Shown piece after piece: positions 52,168 to 64,000 of a DNA stretch of 64,000 nt. Every line of letters starts with the position of its first letter. Positions within the stretch are counted from its first letter, which is position 1. A model generated the notes under the pieces. The model made no database searches, had not been told where the DNA came from, and saw only the letters and a list, made by a program, of their open reading frames with translations. The translations under genes and the position numbers were made by a program. Where the stretch lies: NCBI GenBank assembly GCA_050613775.1, contig JBODTK010000121.1:372001-436000 (forward strand). The letters run 5' to 3'. The DNA comes from Neocallimastix sp. 'constans'. Lineage: Eukaryota.

Positions 52168-54261
52168 AAAAGAAAATTAATTATTTTTTTTTTTTTTATT
52201 TAATTCGTTATTGCGTTTTGGTTTAATAATTAATAATAAATACCAATAACACTTTCTATATTTATTTTATTTTATTTTATTTTATATTCTATTCCTAGTT
52301 ATTATTAAATATGAAAATATGTATTATTAATTTTTTTTTTTTTTTATATATATATATATAACTAATCTCTTATTTTGTTTTAATTTTATTTTTATAATTC
52401 TATTGTGAAATAATTTATTATTCTACTCTTTTATTTTGTTATTGCTAACTCTATTAATATTATATACAAATAATTATTATCCTATATATAGAATAATTAT
52501 ATAATTTTTTTTTTTTTTTGTATAATTATTATTATTACTATTCAACTAAAATATTATTACTAAACAATTATAACTAATCCTATTTTAATAATTTTAATAT
52601 AAAGGAAAATTAAAGACTTGTTCGTTTTTATTCTGGTCCGAATTCCCAGTTGTCTCTAATTATATATCCTTTTAATAATTTAAATTAGTTTTGTGTTATT
52701 TAATGATTTATTATTATTAATTATAACCAATCTCAGTTCAATAACCAATTATAAAATAATAAATTATAATATTTAATATTTATAATTAATCCTCAAATTT
52801 ATTTTTTTTTAAAACAATATAACAACACTATTGCACATCCCCGATATCTCCACCGATTTTTGATATGAGGGACTTTTATGTGCTACTAATTTTTAATAGT
52901 ATCGTTATATTTAATTAACCTTTATTAATATATTTTAATTTATAAAACCCAATTAACCAAGGGTCTTCTCTAAACTACAATAAAGAAGAGTAGTTATTAG
53001 GAATCTTTATAATAATTTAATTATTAATAATAATAAATATACATTTAAAATATATTATATCTGAGTATAGTATAATATATAATAAATATATATTAAAATA
53101 ATAAATATAATAAATATAACTATATAATTCTTAAAATGAAAATAAGAATAATAAAGTTAAATATATAAGAATATAATTATATAATAAATATGAATATAAT
53201 AAATAATATCAACTATATATATTTAATTATAATTAAAATAACTAAAACTATTTCATTATATTATATATTATGATATATAGAAGTATTATGTATTTTTAAT
53301 ATAAACTTTAAAATAAATATGAATAGTTAAGTTATATATATAATAATATTCTTATTATATTTATTTAGAAGAAATTAACTATTTAATTTAATATATTTAA
53401 TATATTTCGTATTATAATGAATAATATATATAAATATTGAATAATAAATGGATAAGAAATTATTTCAAATATTATTATTGACAAAAGAGATATAAATTTA
53501 ATATTTAATAATTATTATTAAATATACAAATATGTTACTACACATATTTGTTTTATATCATTATCTAATGAGGATTTACAATACGCAGGAATCATCTCGC
53601 TTCAGGCAATGTATACGTACAACTGAGAAGCACGATCATAGTGTAGACGATGACTTTTTCGATTTATGTCAAATGGATTATAATGGGTGGTATGGTGGAA
53701 TTGAAATCCGGACTATTGACCCCAGGGTATACGCGTTAACCATTGACCCGATCTCACGGAGTTCAATCAATTTAATAAATAACAAAATTAATAAATCTTG
53801 AAAATTTATTATACATAAAATCAAAACTAACCTTAGCAAAGTTTAATAATAATTTAATAAAATAAAAAAAAATTAATTAATTAATTAATTAAAACAAATA
53901 AATTACACTTAAAAATTACATAAATACTCAGATATGAAAGAAATATTATATATTTTTCAAAATAAAAATATTAAGATTAAATTTAAAATAAAATAATTAA
54001 TTTTTATAATTAGTTTTATAATAATTTTTATAATTAATTTTATAATTAAATAATATTTTTATAATAACAAAATTAAATAATTTAAATAACAAAATATTTT
54101 TAATTATTTTTATAATAAATAAATTTATTTATTTTATTATTAAATATTTACTTTATTATTAATTTTATTACTTTTATTTTATTTAATTATTCTTTTTATT
54201 TATAAATTATAAATAGTTTAATTTTAAAGAAAAATATAAATACTTGTAAATATTTCATGTA

Positions 54262-54293
<32 letters not shown>

Positions 54294-56592
54294 ATTTTAT
54301 AATTTTAATAATCACTTTAAATTTTATAATGTTTAATAAATTTTAATAAAAGATTTATAAAATTAAATATTAGAAAACAAGTGTTCTAATAAATCAATTT
54401 TTAGTGTTATTTTTAATAAAACATTTTTAATTCATAAATAACTTATACAGTTATTATTAAAATAAATAGAAATTATCACTTTTTAATTCTATATTAAAAT
54501 TAAGATAATTTCTAAAATTTATTAATTTAACACAGAATGAACAAATAATACTAATTGTGCTAGAATGATATAAATTATTCTAACCTTATAGATTATTCTA
54601 TTCTATATAATTGGAACTTTCCAATATTCTTTAAATATTACTAAATAGAAATCTTAAGTTAATAAATCACCAATTAACTTATAATTCCTTTTTGAATTAT
54701 CGATCCGATTCCATATAATGTATTAAAAATCTTTAGCCAAGAATATTGTCCTTGCCCACTTAATATATTAATATTATATTTCTTTTGTATTATGTTATAT
54801 TGAAAATAATCAAATCTATTTAATTAGTTATTAAAATTTTCGTTATCAATTTAAATTTATTTTTAATTACTAAATTTAACTAAACCACAATAAAATATTC
54901 TGTATAATCTCTTTATTTTTATTTTATATATATTAGTATTAAACTATTATTAAATAATTAATAATTCAATAATATATAACTACTATTTATAACAATAATA
55001 TTATTAACTAAAATAATAATTCAATTTCAATTTAAATGTTTTATTTATAAAAATAATTAGTAATTAGTTTATTAAAAAAAATAGTTAGGCTTTACAAATT
55101 TTAATTTGATAAAAAAATATAAATACATGTAATTTTTAGTGAAATAAAATATAATCAATAACTTTCTTTTATTAAATAAATAATTATATTATTATTTTTC
55201 TTTTATAAATTTAAATAAATAAACATTGATTTTAATACAAAATTATTTTTATTGTAATTTTATTATTTGTGTTAATTATTATTATATTCCTAAAACTATA
55301 TGAACCATACCATGAAAAATTGGTGGAGATATCGGGGAATATAATAATAAATTAATACATTGGGGATAAAATTATAATATTAATAAATAATTTTTCTAAT
55401 AAAACAAAAAAATTTTTTTTTTTAAAAAAACAATTTTTATATTTTTAACTAATTATTATTAATTGTTAAAAATATTAATATTAAATTAAACTAATATTTA
55501 TAAAGTGTTTTATGATAAAACAGATTATAATAATACAAAAACACTATTATAAAATAAATTCTTTTTATTAAAAATATTTGGTTTATTAAAAATCTTTTAT
55601 TAAATAGTTCTTATTATGTTGTGAACTATCAAATTATAAAAAAAATAACAATTACATTTTTTCAATTAAAAAAAAAATTTACTATATTTATATTTTTTTT
55701 TAATTATATTCTAATATATTAAATTAATTTAATTTACATATATTCAATTTAAATATTAATAATAATTAATTTTATAAAATAATAAAATATTTAAACTAAA
55801 ACTAATTATAGTATAATTTTCTAATTAACTATTTTTTATTATAACTATTTTTTATTATAACTATTTAAATATTTTAACTAATTTAAAATTAAACTAAAAA
55901 CTATTAATAATATTAAACTATACTATTTAAATAAATAAAAATTTAACAATAACAGATTTGGCGAATTTTTTGTGACTAAATTATTTAATTTCATATTTAA
56001 TAAATATAAATTTAAATAATTTAAGTTCTAATTTATAATTTTAAATTTCAATTATTAATTTAAGGAGAAATAATTATTTAAAGTATTTAATTCATGTGCG
56101 TAAATTTGATGTATGATTTTTCGTTTACATAAATTTATTGAAATATGCTTTAATTCATAAATTAATGTAAATTACATAATTTTATTCAAGATATCGTGGA
56201 AAAAATTTCATACATAAATTAATGTAATAATGAATTACATAAATTTATTAAAGATATAAAGATATCTTTACAATATTCGTGCATAGATTTAAGTTTATCC
56301 TACATAGTAATTGGGCTAGTAGGCTCTGGACTTCTATTTTTTATATTGAAAATAGTAACCGTGGCACACGCGTGGCATGACACCTTTCAAGAGGTAAGCT
56401 GCACGTCAGACAGTGTGTACTATCAGATTGCACGATTATTATAATTTAATAAATGATTAATAATAATAAATAATTAATAATTTTATTAGTTAAAAGATTT
56501 ATTTTTTTTTTAATTTTTTTTATTTTTACTTTTTTATAACAATTTATATATTACGAGGTTTAGCATTCTATAGATACAATAAATTTTATTTT

Positions 56593-57510
56593 ATGAGAAC
56601 ATCCAGTACTTCCAGTACTCCAACAGAGAGTACTCCAGAAAGTAAGCTTAGCTTCAGAGAATTAAAGAAAGAATTAAAAGATTTTGAAAAGCTTACTAAA
56701 CAAAACCTTGACATCAATTCCTGGGCAAATGAGTTAAAGGCATGGATAAAATACCAACATATCAAGGATCCTGAAACTATTTTTACTGCTTCTATATTAA
56801 CGGCTTCTGGAGAACCAAGAGAAATTATCCAAGAACTAGAAGATGGAAATGATCTTACTGAAGATGAAGATTCTGATTTCGATAGCGATAGTGAAGGAGA
56901 AGATGATGAAGAAAATGAATCTACTAACACCTACCCAAGCCTTGATGAAATAATAAATCATCTGAAGACTTTCTATGGACTTAAAGAAGATCAAACCAAC
57001 TTGTTATGAGAATTGCGTTCCATGAAAATAAAGAAGAACGAGAAAGTTAAAGATTTTAATGTCCGTTATAGATCTTTGTACCATAAATTGGATAAAAAGA
57101 GAAGAAGAAAAATTAGTGTTTTAGATTATGTAGATTCCTTAACCAATAATCCTGACGCATGGAGAAAGGGTATGCTTAAAGACCATATTTCCATTACTAA
57201 AGCGTTCGCTATAGCTGAAAAAGTTGATCATTTATTTATTAAAAATAGTACTGAATATTATGATAAGACTCGTTACAATCTCCTTAACTCTAAAAGTAAT
57301 TTTAATAAGAACATTTCAAATGATTTTAACAAACCAAAAACCCACAAAAATGTATCTATAGAAAATCTCACTAACAAGATGAAAGAAATGAAAATTAGTA
57401 CTTGCTGGTTTTGTAGCAATGAAGGACATACCAAACGAAACTGTCCTAAATTAAATTCTATATTGGAAAATAACCGCAAGAAGTTTTATGAAAATCATTT
57501 AAACCACTAA
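56593..57510 (+). pseudogene. gag: gag with in-frame TGA at 57007-57009
   Basis: VKDFNVRY capsid motif, CWFCSNEGHTKRNC knuckle. Confidence 0.9.
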
Positions 57511-60500
57511 AAGGGAGTAGAAGCACTCCCATCGTCAAAAAAATTGCTTCAGTCTGCCATCGTCCTATAACAGTTGACTTAAAAGAAGATGATGATTATG
57601 AAGAAACTGCTGATTTCCAAGAAGGTACTACTACGGATTATTACGAAGATTTTGATAATGAGTCGGATGGTTCCAAAGAATTGGATTACTTAGTAAACGT
57701 TATAAAGAGAAAGACAAATCCTAAAGATGAAGAGACAAGTGACCAAAGAGGAAAGAGGGTTCACCGTAGTCTAAGAGATGATCCTAAGCCAATAGTTACT
57801 CCAGGTTTACGAAAACAAAAAGAAAATCAATTAAAGGGAACATCGCGACCAGTCAAAAGGCCAACAACTCAATTACATCCTTCGATTATAGCTCAACCCA
57901 GAATAGAGAAAGAAAAGAGGATTGAGAAAGAGCTAAGAGATAAGGAAAGAGCTAGTACTAGTACTTCTGTGGAAAATAATAAAAATAGTAATGTTAATAT
58001 TATTAATGAAGAAACTTCTCAGGAAGGAAATAATTCTAAACAAACTTTAAATAAATTAATTCAAGAAAAATCATCAGAAAAGTCAACTGAAATTATGCCA
58101 ACTAGAATTCCAAGAAGAATACAAATGCAAACTGATTGTGATAGTTATGACGTGATAAAAGATTTTAACTCCAGTAATTGCAATATTACATTTGGACAAT
58201 TATTGGACGTTGCTCCAAAGATACGGTCTCAAGTATCACAAGGACTTAAATTAGAAAAGAATAATACTAAAATTTCAGGTACAGTGGATAATATGTGTGC
58301 TACTACAATAATAACGAACAATATAGATCATACATATAAAAGTAAACATCATGAACCACAAGAAGATGATATTGCTATGGTTGATGTAATAGTAGATGAA
58401 GTTCATGGTAAGGCTTTAATAGATTCATGTAGCAACTTATGTATTATCACAAAGCAATTTTTAGATAAATTACCTTATCAATATGAACCTATAGGAGTTA
58501 GTGCAGGACGAATATGTTTAGCAACGATGAATGATGATTACTCAGAAGATGTGTTAATCAAAGTTCCCGTAAAAATTAATGAACTAGAACTACTTGTTAC
58601 GTGTAGAATTATAGACAAGGAGGATCCATTCTATGATATATTAATCAACCTCAAAACTCAAATTGATAACCAGTTATTTATACATCCAATTAGATATAGT
58701 CTTTGTCGATTTAATGATCAAGGTTTAATTGAAGAAATTACACCTATTAATAATGAATACGATAACGAAAAAAAATTATTGTGTGTAATCAAGGCATTGA
58801 ATCACCAAGAAGCTAAGCAACAATTGAAAACGATTGAAGGATTACCACCCATAAAATATATATATGACACAGTTTTTCAAAGTACAATTAATTCAAATTA
58901 TAGAGATGCTATTACTAAATTACTTGAAGAATATATTGATATAATTGCAACTTCTTCTGAAGAATTAACACCTTCAGATTTATCACCACACAAAATTATT
59001 CTTAAGGAAGGAGTTAAACCTATTAAACAAAAATTTTATCGACTTAGTAAATTAAAAACAGATATCTTAAAAGAAGAATTAACCAAACTCATATATAAAC
59101 GATTAATTGAACCTTCATGTTCAGAATGGTCATCACCAGTAGTACTTGTGCCTAAAAAGAACGGTAAATGAAGCAACTAAGAAGGATTCTTATTCTTTAC
59201 CAAATATTGAGGAAATTTTTGATAGCTTAGATGGAGCAAAAATCTTTTCAACATTAGATCTTTATTCCGGTTATCATCAAATATTAATGGATGATGATAG
59301 TGTTGAAATCACTACCTTTACAACTAAGTTCGGAAATTACCAATTCAAGGTAATGCCCTTCGGTTTAACAGGTGCTCCAGCTACATTCCAAAGAGAAATG
59401 AACCGTATTCTATTCCCCTTAATAGGAAAATGCGTCTATAACTTTATCGATGATATTTTAATCTACTCAAGAACTGAAGAAGAACATCTAGAACATCTTA
59501 AACAAGTCTTAGAAATATTCAAGGAACATAAGTTAAAAATCAATATCGAAAAATGTTCTTTCATGCAAATTGAAGTAGAAGTACTGGGACATAAAGTATC
59601 CTCAGAAGGTTTAAGTCCATTGGGAAACAAAGTTATAGCTATTAAAGAATGGAAGGCTCCCTCTAACATTCATGAACTTCGATCATTTTTAGGAGCCATT
59701 GGATATTATAGAAATTTCATTAAGGATTTTGCAAAAGTTACTGCACCTCTATGCACTCTATTAAGAAAAGGTGTTAAGTTTGAATGGAAAAAGGAAAAAG
59801 AAGAAAGTTTTAAAATTCTTAAGGAAAGATTGATTAATGCCCCAATATTAAGATTTCCTAGATTCGATAGAGAATTTATTATAAGAACAGATGCTTCCTA
59901 TGATGATATAGGCGGTGTGCTTTTACAAAAGGATGATGAAACTGGAAAGGAACATCCGGTTCATTATATTAGTAGAAGTTTATCTAAATCGGAAGAGAAT
60001 TATGGAATTACGGATCTAGAAGGTGCTGCTATAATTTACTGTATTAATAAATTAAAATCTTATATTATGGGAAATCCTAAGCAAACTATAGTATATACAG
60101 ATCATAGACCATTAATCGGATTACTTAAAAGGAAGGAACCACAAAATTCTCGTCATACTAGATGGTGTTTGACTGTCAGTATGTTAGGAATTGATTTACG
60201 ATATGAAACTGGAAAGAATAATGTTGTCGCAGATGCTTTATCAAGAATGAAAAATGAAAAAGAAAAAGTTGTCTTAACAACACAAATTATCAAGGAACAA
60301 GATGAAAACCTGCTTTCAAGAACCATTAAGGAATTTATTGAAGAAAAATTTACGACAATTGATGGTGTGGACTACTTTGTTGATGGCAATAATTATAGAA
60401 AATTAGTTACAGATACAAAAGAAAAACTTCAATTAATTTTTCAAGCACACAGTATAGGACACGAAGGCTATTACAAGACATACCAACGTTTGAAAAAGAG

Positions 60501-61467
60501 CTACTATTGGAACAATATGGTTAATGACATTAAGCGAATTATAGGTAAATGTGAAAAATATCAATTAAATAAATCTCAACCATACCCTGAACCAACGGAA
60601 GATAAACCAACTGAAGTGGAAGGACCATTTACACACTTAGGATTGGACATTATAGGACCTCTAAGTAAAACCAGAAATAATAATCAATATATAATCGTTG
60701 TGGTTGATTATTTTACTAAATGGGTTGAGACAGAGCCCACCGAAAATGTTACTTCTCAGGATGTGATAAAATTTTTAATTAATGTATTTGCTCGACACGG
60801 TGCACCTCAAATTATCACTACTGATAATGGAACACAATTTACATCAGATATGACAAAAATCTTCCTTGATTTATATGATGTATATGTTAAATTTATCACT
60901 CCATATCATCCTGAAAGTAATGGTTTAGTTGAGAATCGTAATAAAGAAATTGGAAAATTATTACGATTACTAGGACAACAACACAAAGAATGGGATGAAA
61001 TTTTACCATCTGCACTTTGGGCTTTAAGAACTACTAAAAACTCAATCACCAACCATTCAAGTTTTGAATTAGTTTATGGAAGGGAGGACCAACAACCTTT
61101 TGACATTGCTGCCAGACCAACTAAGGGTATAAATAAGTCTTCTGACGAAATTCTACTGGAAAAATTTGTATCACACTGCCAATGGGTAATGGAGGCCGCA
61201 TCTAATATCAAAAATGCTTCGAAGTATTGGGCTACTAGGAGAGAAGAAAAGACCAGTATGAATCAAGCTAAAAGAATAAAACCAGGTGATTTAGTACTAG
61301 TAAGAAACTTTAATCGAACTAAATTAGAACCTTATTTTGTTGGACCTATGAAAGTGGTAAAGAAACAATTCAATACAGTCACTTTAGCCGATCCTGCTAC
61401 TAATATACAAATGAATCGTAATGTTCATTTGAAAAATATTGTAAAGTTTAACTCAGCTTCTACCTAG
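57498..61467 (+). pseudogene. pol: pol (PR-RT-RH-IN, no chromodomain) in the -1 frame, with a small RT deletion/frameshift at ~59169
   Basis: LIDSCS, FIDD, RTDAS, TDNG, ENRN; the expected WR.C.DYR segment is missing after PKKNGK. Confidence 0.93.
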
Positions 61468-62739
61468 CTTGAGTCTTAGCGGGGGCATCTTAATACAGAA
61501 TGAACAAATAATACTAATTGTGCTAGAATAATATAAATTATTCTAACCTTATAGATTATTCTATTCTATATAATTGGAACTTTCCAATATTCTGCAAATA
61601 TTACTAAATAGAAATCTTAAGTTAATAAATCACCAATTAACTTATAATTCCTTTTTGAATTATCGATCCGATTCCATTATAATGTATTAAAAATTTTTAG
61701 TCAAGAATATTGTCCTTGCCCACTTAATATATTAATATTATATTTCTTTTGTAATATGTTATATTGAAAATAATCAAATCTATTTAATTAGTTATTAAAA
61801 TTTTCGTTATCAATTTAAATTTATTTTTAATTACTAAATTTAACTAAACCACAATTAAAATATTCTGTATAATCTCTTTATTTTTATTTTATATATATTA
61901 ATATTAAACTATTATTAAATAATTAATAATTCAATAATATATAACTACTATTTATAACAATAATATTATTAACTAAAATAATAATTCAATTTCAATTTAA
62001 ATGTTTTATTTATAAAAATAATTAATAATTAGTTTATTAAAAAAATAGTTAGGCTTTACAAATTTTAATTTGATAAAAAAATATAAATACATGTAATTTT
62101 TAGTGAAATAAAATATAATCAATAACTTACTTTTATTAAATAAATAATTATTATTATTTTTCTTTTATATATTTAAATAAATAAATATTGATTTTAAAAC
62201 AAATTATTTTTTTTTATTGTAATTTTATTATTTGTGTTAATTATTATTATATTCCTAAAACTATATGAACCATACCAAATTTTATTAATAATTAGTCTTT
62301 AAACTTTTTAGGTTTTTCTTCCAAATCTTTTCCTAAAAGGTTATTCATAAATATTTGGAACTTTACTATAAATAATTCTTGATTTTCCTTATTTTGAAAA
62401 TCAAGAGTTATTATTATAAGAATATAATTATTGTAATAAACAAAAATTTAAAATTTATTTTTAAAATAAACAATCTTAAATAAAAATATTTCTAAATAAA
62501 AAAATAAAAAATATTTTTTAACAAAAATTTTATTTTAATTATTCGTGTAATCAAATTTCTTATAATAAACTCTCTCTCTTTTTTTAAGTTTTAGATAAGT
62601 ATTTTCTTTTATTTTTTTTTTTATTTCTCGATTAATATTTATTATTAGTATTAATTGTAGAAAAGGATTAAATTTAATTAAGATTAAATTTAGTTCTTTA
62701 CAAAGAAATTAATTTAATTATTTATGATTCGTTACATTG

Positions 62740-63860
62740 ATTCAATATATGAATCATTATAATCTTCGAAAAAGTGATTCATATGTTCATCCTTGTATTC
62801 TTCTTTAACTTCTGTATTTAGTGACATGCTTCCCTTTATTTTCGTCCTTGTTATTATATTTTTTGTACCTATCTTTATTATTCTTTTTAAATCTACATTC
62901 AAAAGAATAGTGTCACTTTTTTCCACAATTTCAGCATTCTATTGAATTTTTGTCTTATTTACTTTGATAATTTTTACTCCTGAAATTCTTTTTATTATAT
63001 CTAAAATTATTACTCCTATGTAATTTATTAAAATTTTATTCTTTATTATTTTCGATATTTTTCAGACCATTGGAATTTATATTAGCATTTCTAGATGTAT
63101 CATCGTTTTCAGTAGATGAATTATCAAGGTTACTAAATTGTTTAAGAGAATTATTTTGTGACCTTCTTTCAGTGAATTTTATGAATCTTTGATAGGTTCT
63201 AATTGGCAGTTCAGATAATTTATCATAAGTCCCTTGAAAGTTAATGGCATTAAATCTTAAAGCAAGATTATCTAGTATATTATTATATAAATAATCTATC
63301 TTTTCTTATTCACATAATGGAGCTTATAATACACTAAGTTCCTTGAATCTTGATTCCATATTGAAGTTAAAATAAATAAAGAAATGTCTTTTTCTGATTG
63401 ATATTTTTCTCTTTCTAAAGAGCTTTTATTTCTTCTATTATATCCTTGTCATTACATATGCTCATACTCGAAATTAAATTATAAATTTCATAACCTGTTA
63501 AAGTCATGAAGTCAAATTCTTCAGCTAATTACATAGGAATACTATTAATTAAATATTCCTTTACCAGAGCGTCTTCTTGTAATATATCTTCGGTGACATT
63601 ATATTGATAATAAGTGTCGGTAGTACCATCAATCAGGGTTAATTTTTTCTTTTGCTCTTTGCTCAGCTTGGCTTCGTATATTTTTTTAATCTTTTCCTTT
63701 AATATGCAACTTCGCAGTTTTTTTAAGTAGAAGACTAAATTCCTGTTTCCACAGTTTGAAGTTAGAATTGTCTAAAATATCCTTGGTAGCGTTTCTTTCA
63801 TAATTCATTTTGCTTTTAGTTAATTTGACTTAACTTTTATTCTAGTTATAAAATATTACT
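62740..63860 (-). pseudogene. Degenerate gag-like remnant
   Basis: Decayed knuckle C*NCGKK*HYSFEC at ~62937-62895; residual coding-like composition. Confidence 0.45.
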
Positions 63861-64000
63861 CCACTTCAATTTATTTAATTAATATAATAAATTTTATTTT
63901 TATTTATTTATTTTTTTTTTATTTTAACACTTCATTAATTAATAATTTTTTATATTACTATCGAATAAATTAAGAGCTTTATTATAAAATAATCACTTTT

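Larger units (their letters stand above)
48290..53560 (-). mobile_element. Family C Gypsy element with gag-pol, 3'-truncated
   Basis: LTR 53560-52861, PBS ~52855-52838, gag, knuckle CYFCNQPGHLVKDC, PR LIDGGS, RT, RH; integrase lost. Confidence 0.9.
54528..62277 (+). mobile_element. Full-length Gypsy element (family D), mildly decayed
   Basis: LTRs 54528-55312 and 61491-62277; PBS TGGTGGAGATATCGGGGA 55321-55338; PPT AGCGGGGG; possible TSD AATT. Confidence 0.93.

Noticed and set aside
53532..53801. 89-aa ORF as a gene
   Set aside because: It spans an LTR boundary and repeat junctions and has no recognisable motif.
57007..57009. Programmed readthrough or recoded TGA in gag
   Set aside because: The element has other lesions; a point mutation (e.g. 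CGA to TGA) is simpler.

Overview
Extremely AT-rich eukaryotic DNA, most likely from an anaerobic gut fungus (Neocallimastigomycota). This is inferred from composition and the type of host gene. The window is a deeply nested retroelement cluster around one intact 5-exon host gene (44753-41325, minus) encoding a solute-binding-domain/7TM receptor. It holds chromodomain-type Ty3/Gypsy elements, two non-chromo Gypsy lineages with a tRNA-Ala-type PBS, Ty1/Copia remnants, a 5'-truncated LINE with TSD, a tRNA-derived SINE with TSD and many solo LTRs with readable TSDs. The most notable signals: (1) covarying Tf1-like self-priming pairs in three LTR families; (2) degenerate tRNA-like Pol III A/B-box cassettes inside LTRs; (3) a young gag-only element; (4) repeated insertion of one Gypsy family into the same zone of another family's LTR; (5) a structured 5'-leader motif shared in permuted order by two Gypsy lineages; (6) a templated copy of the receptor gene tail inside a foldback element. 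All alignments and structures were read by eye.
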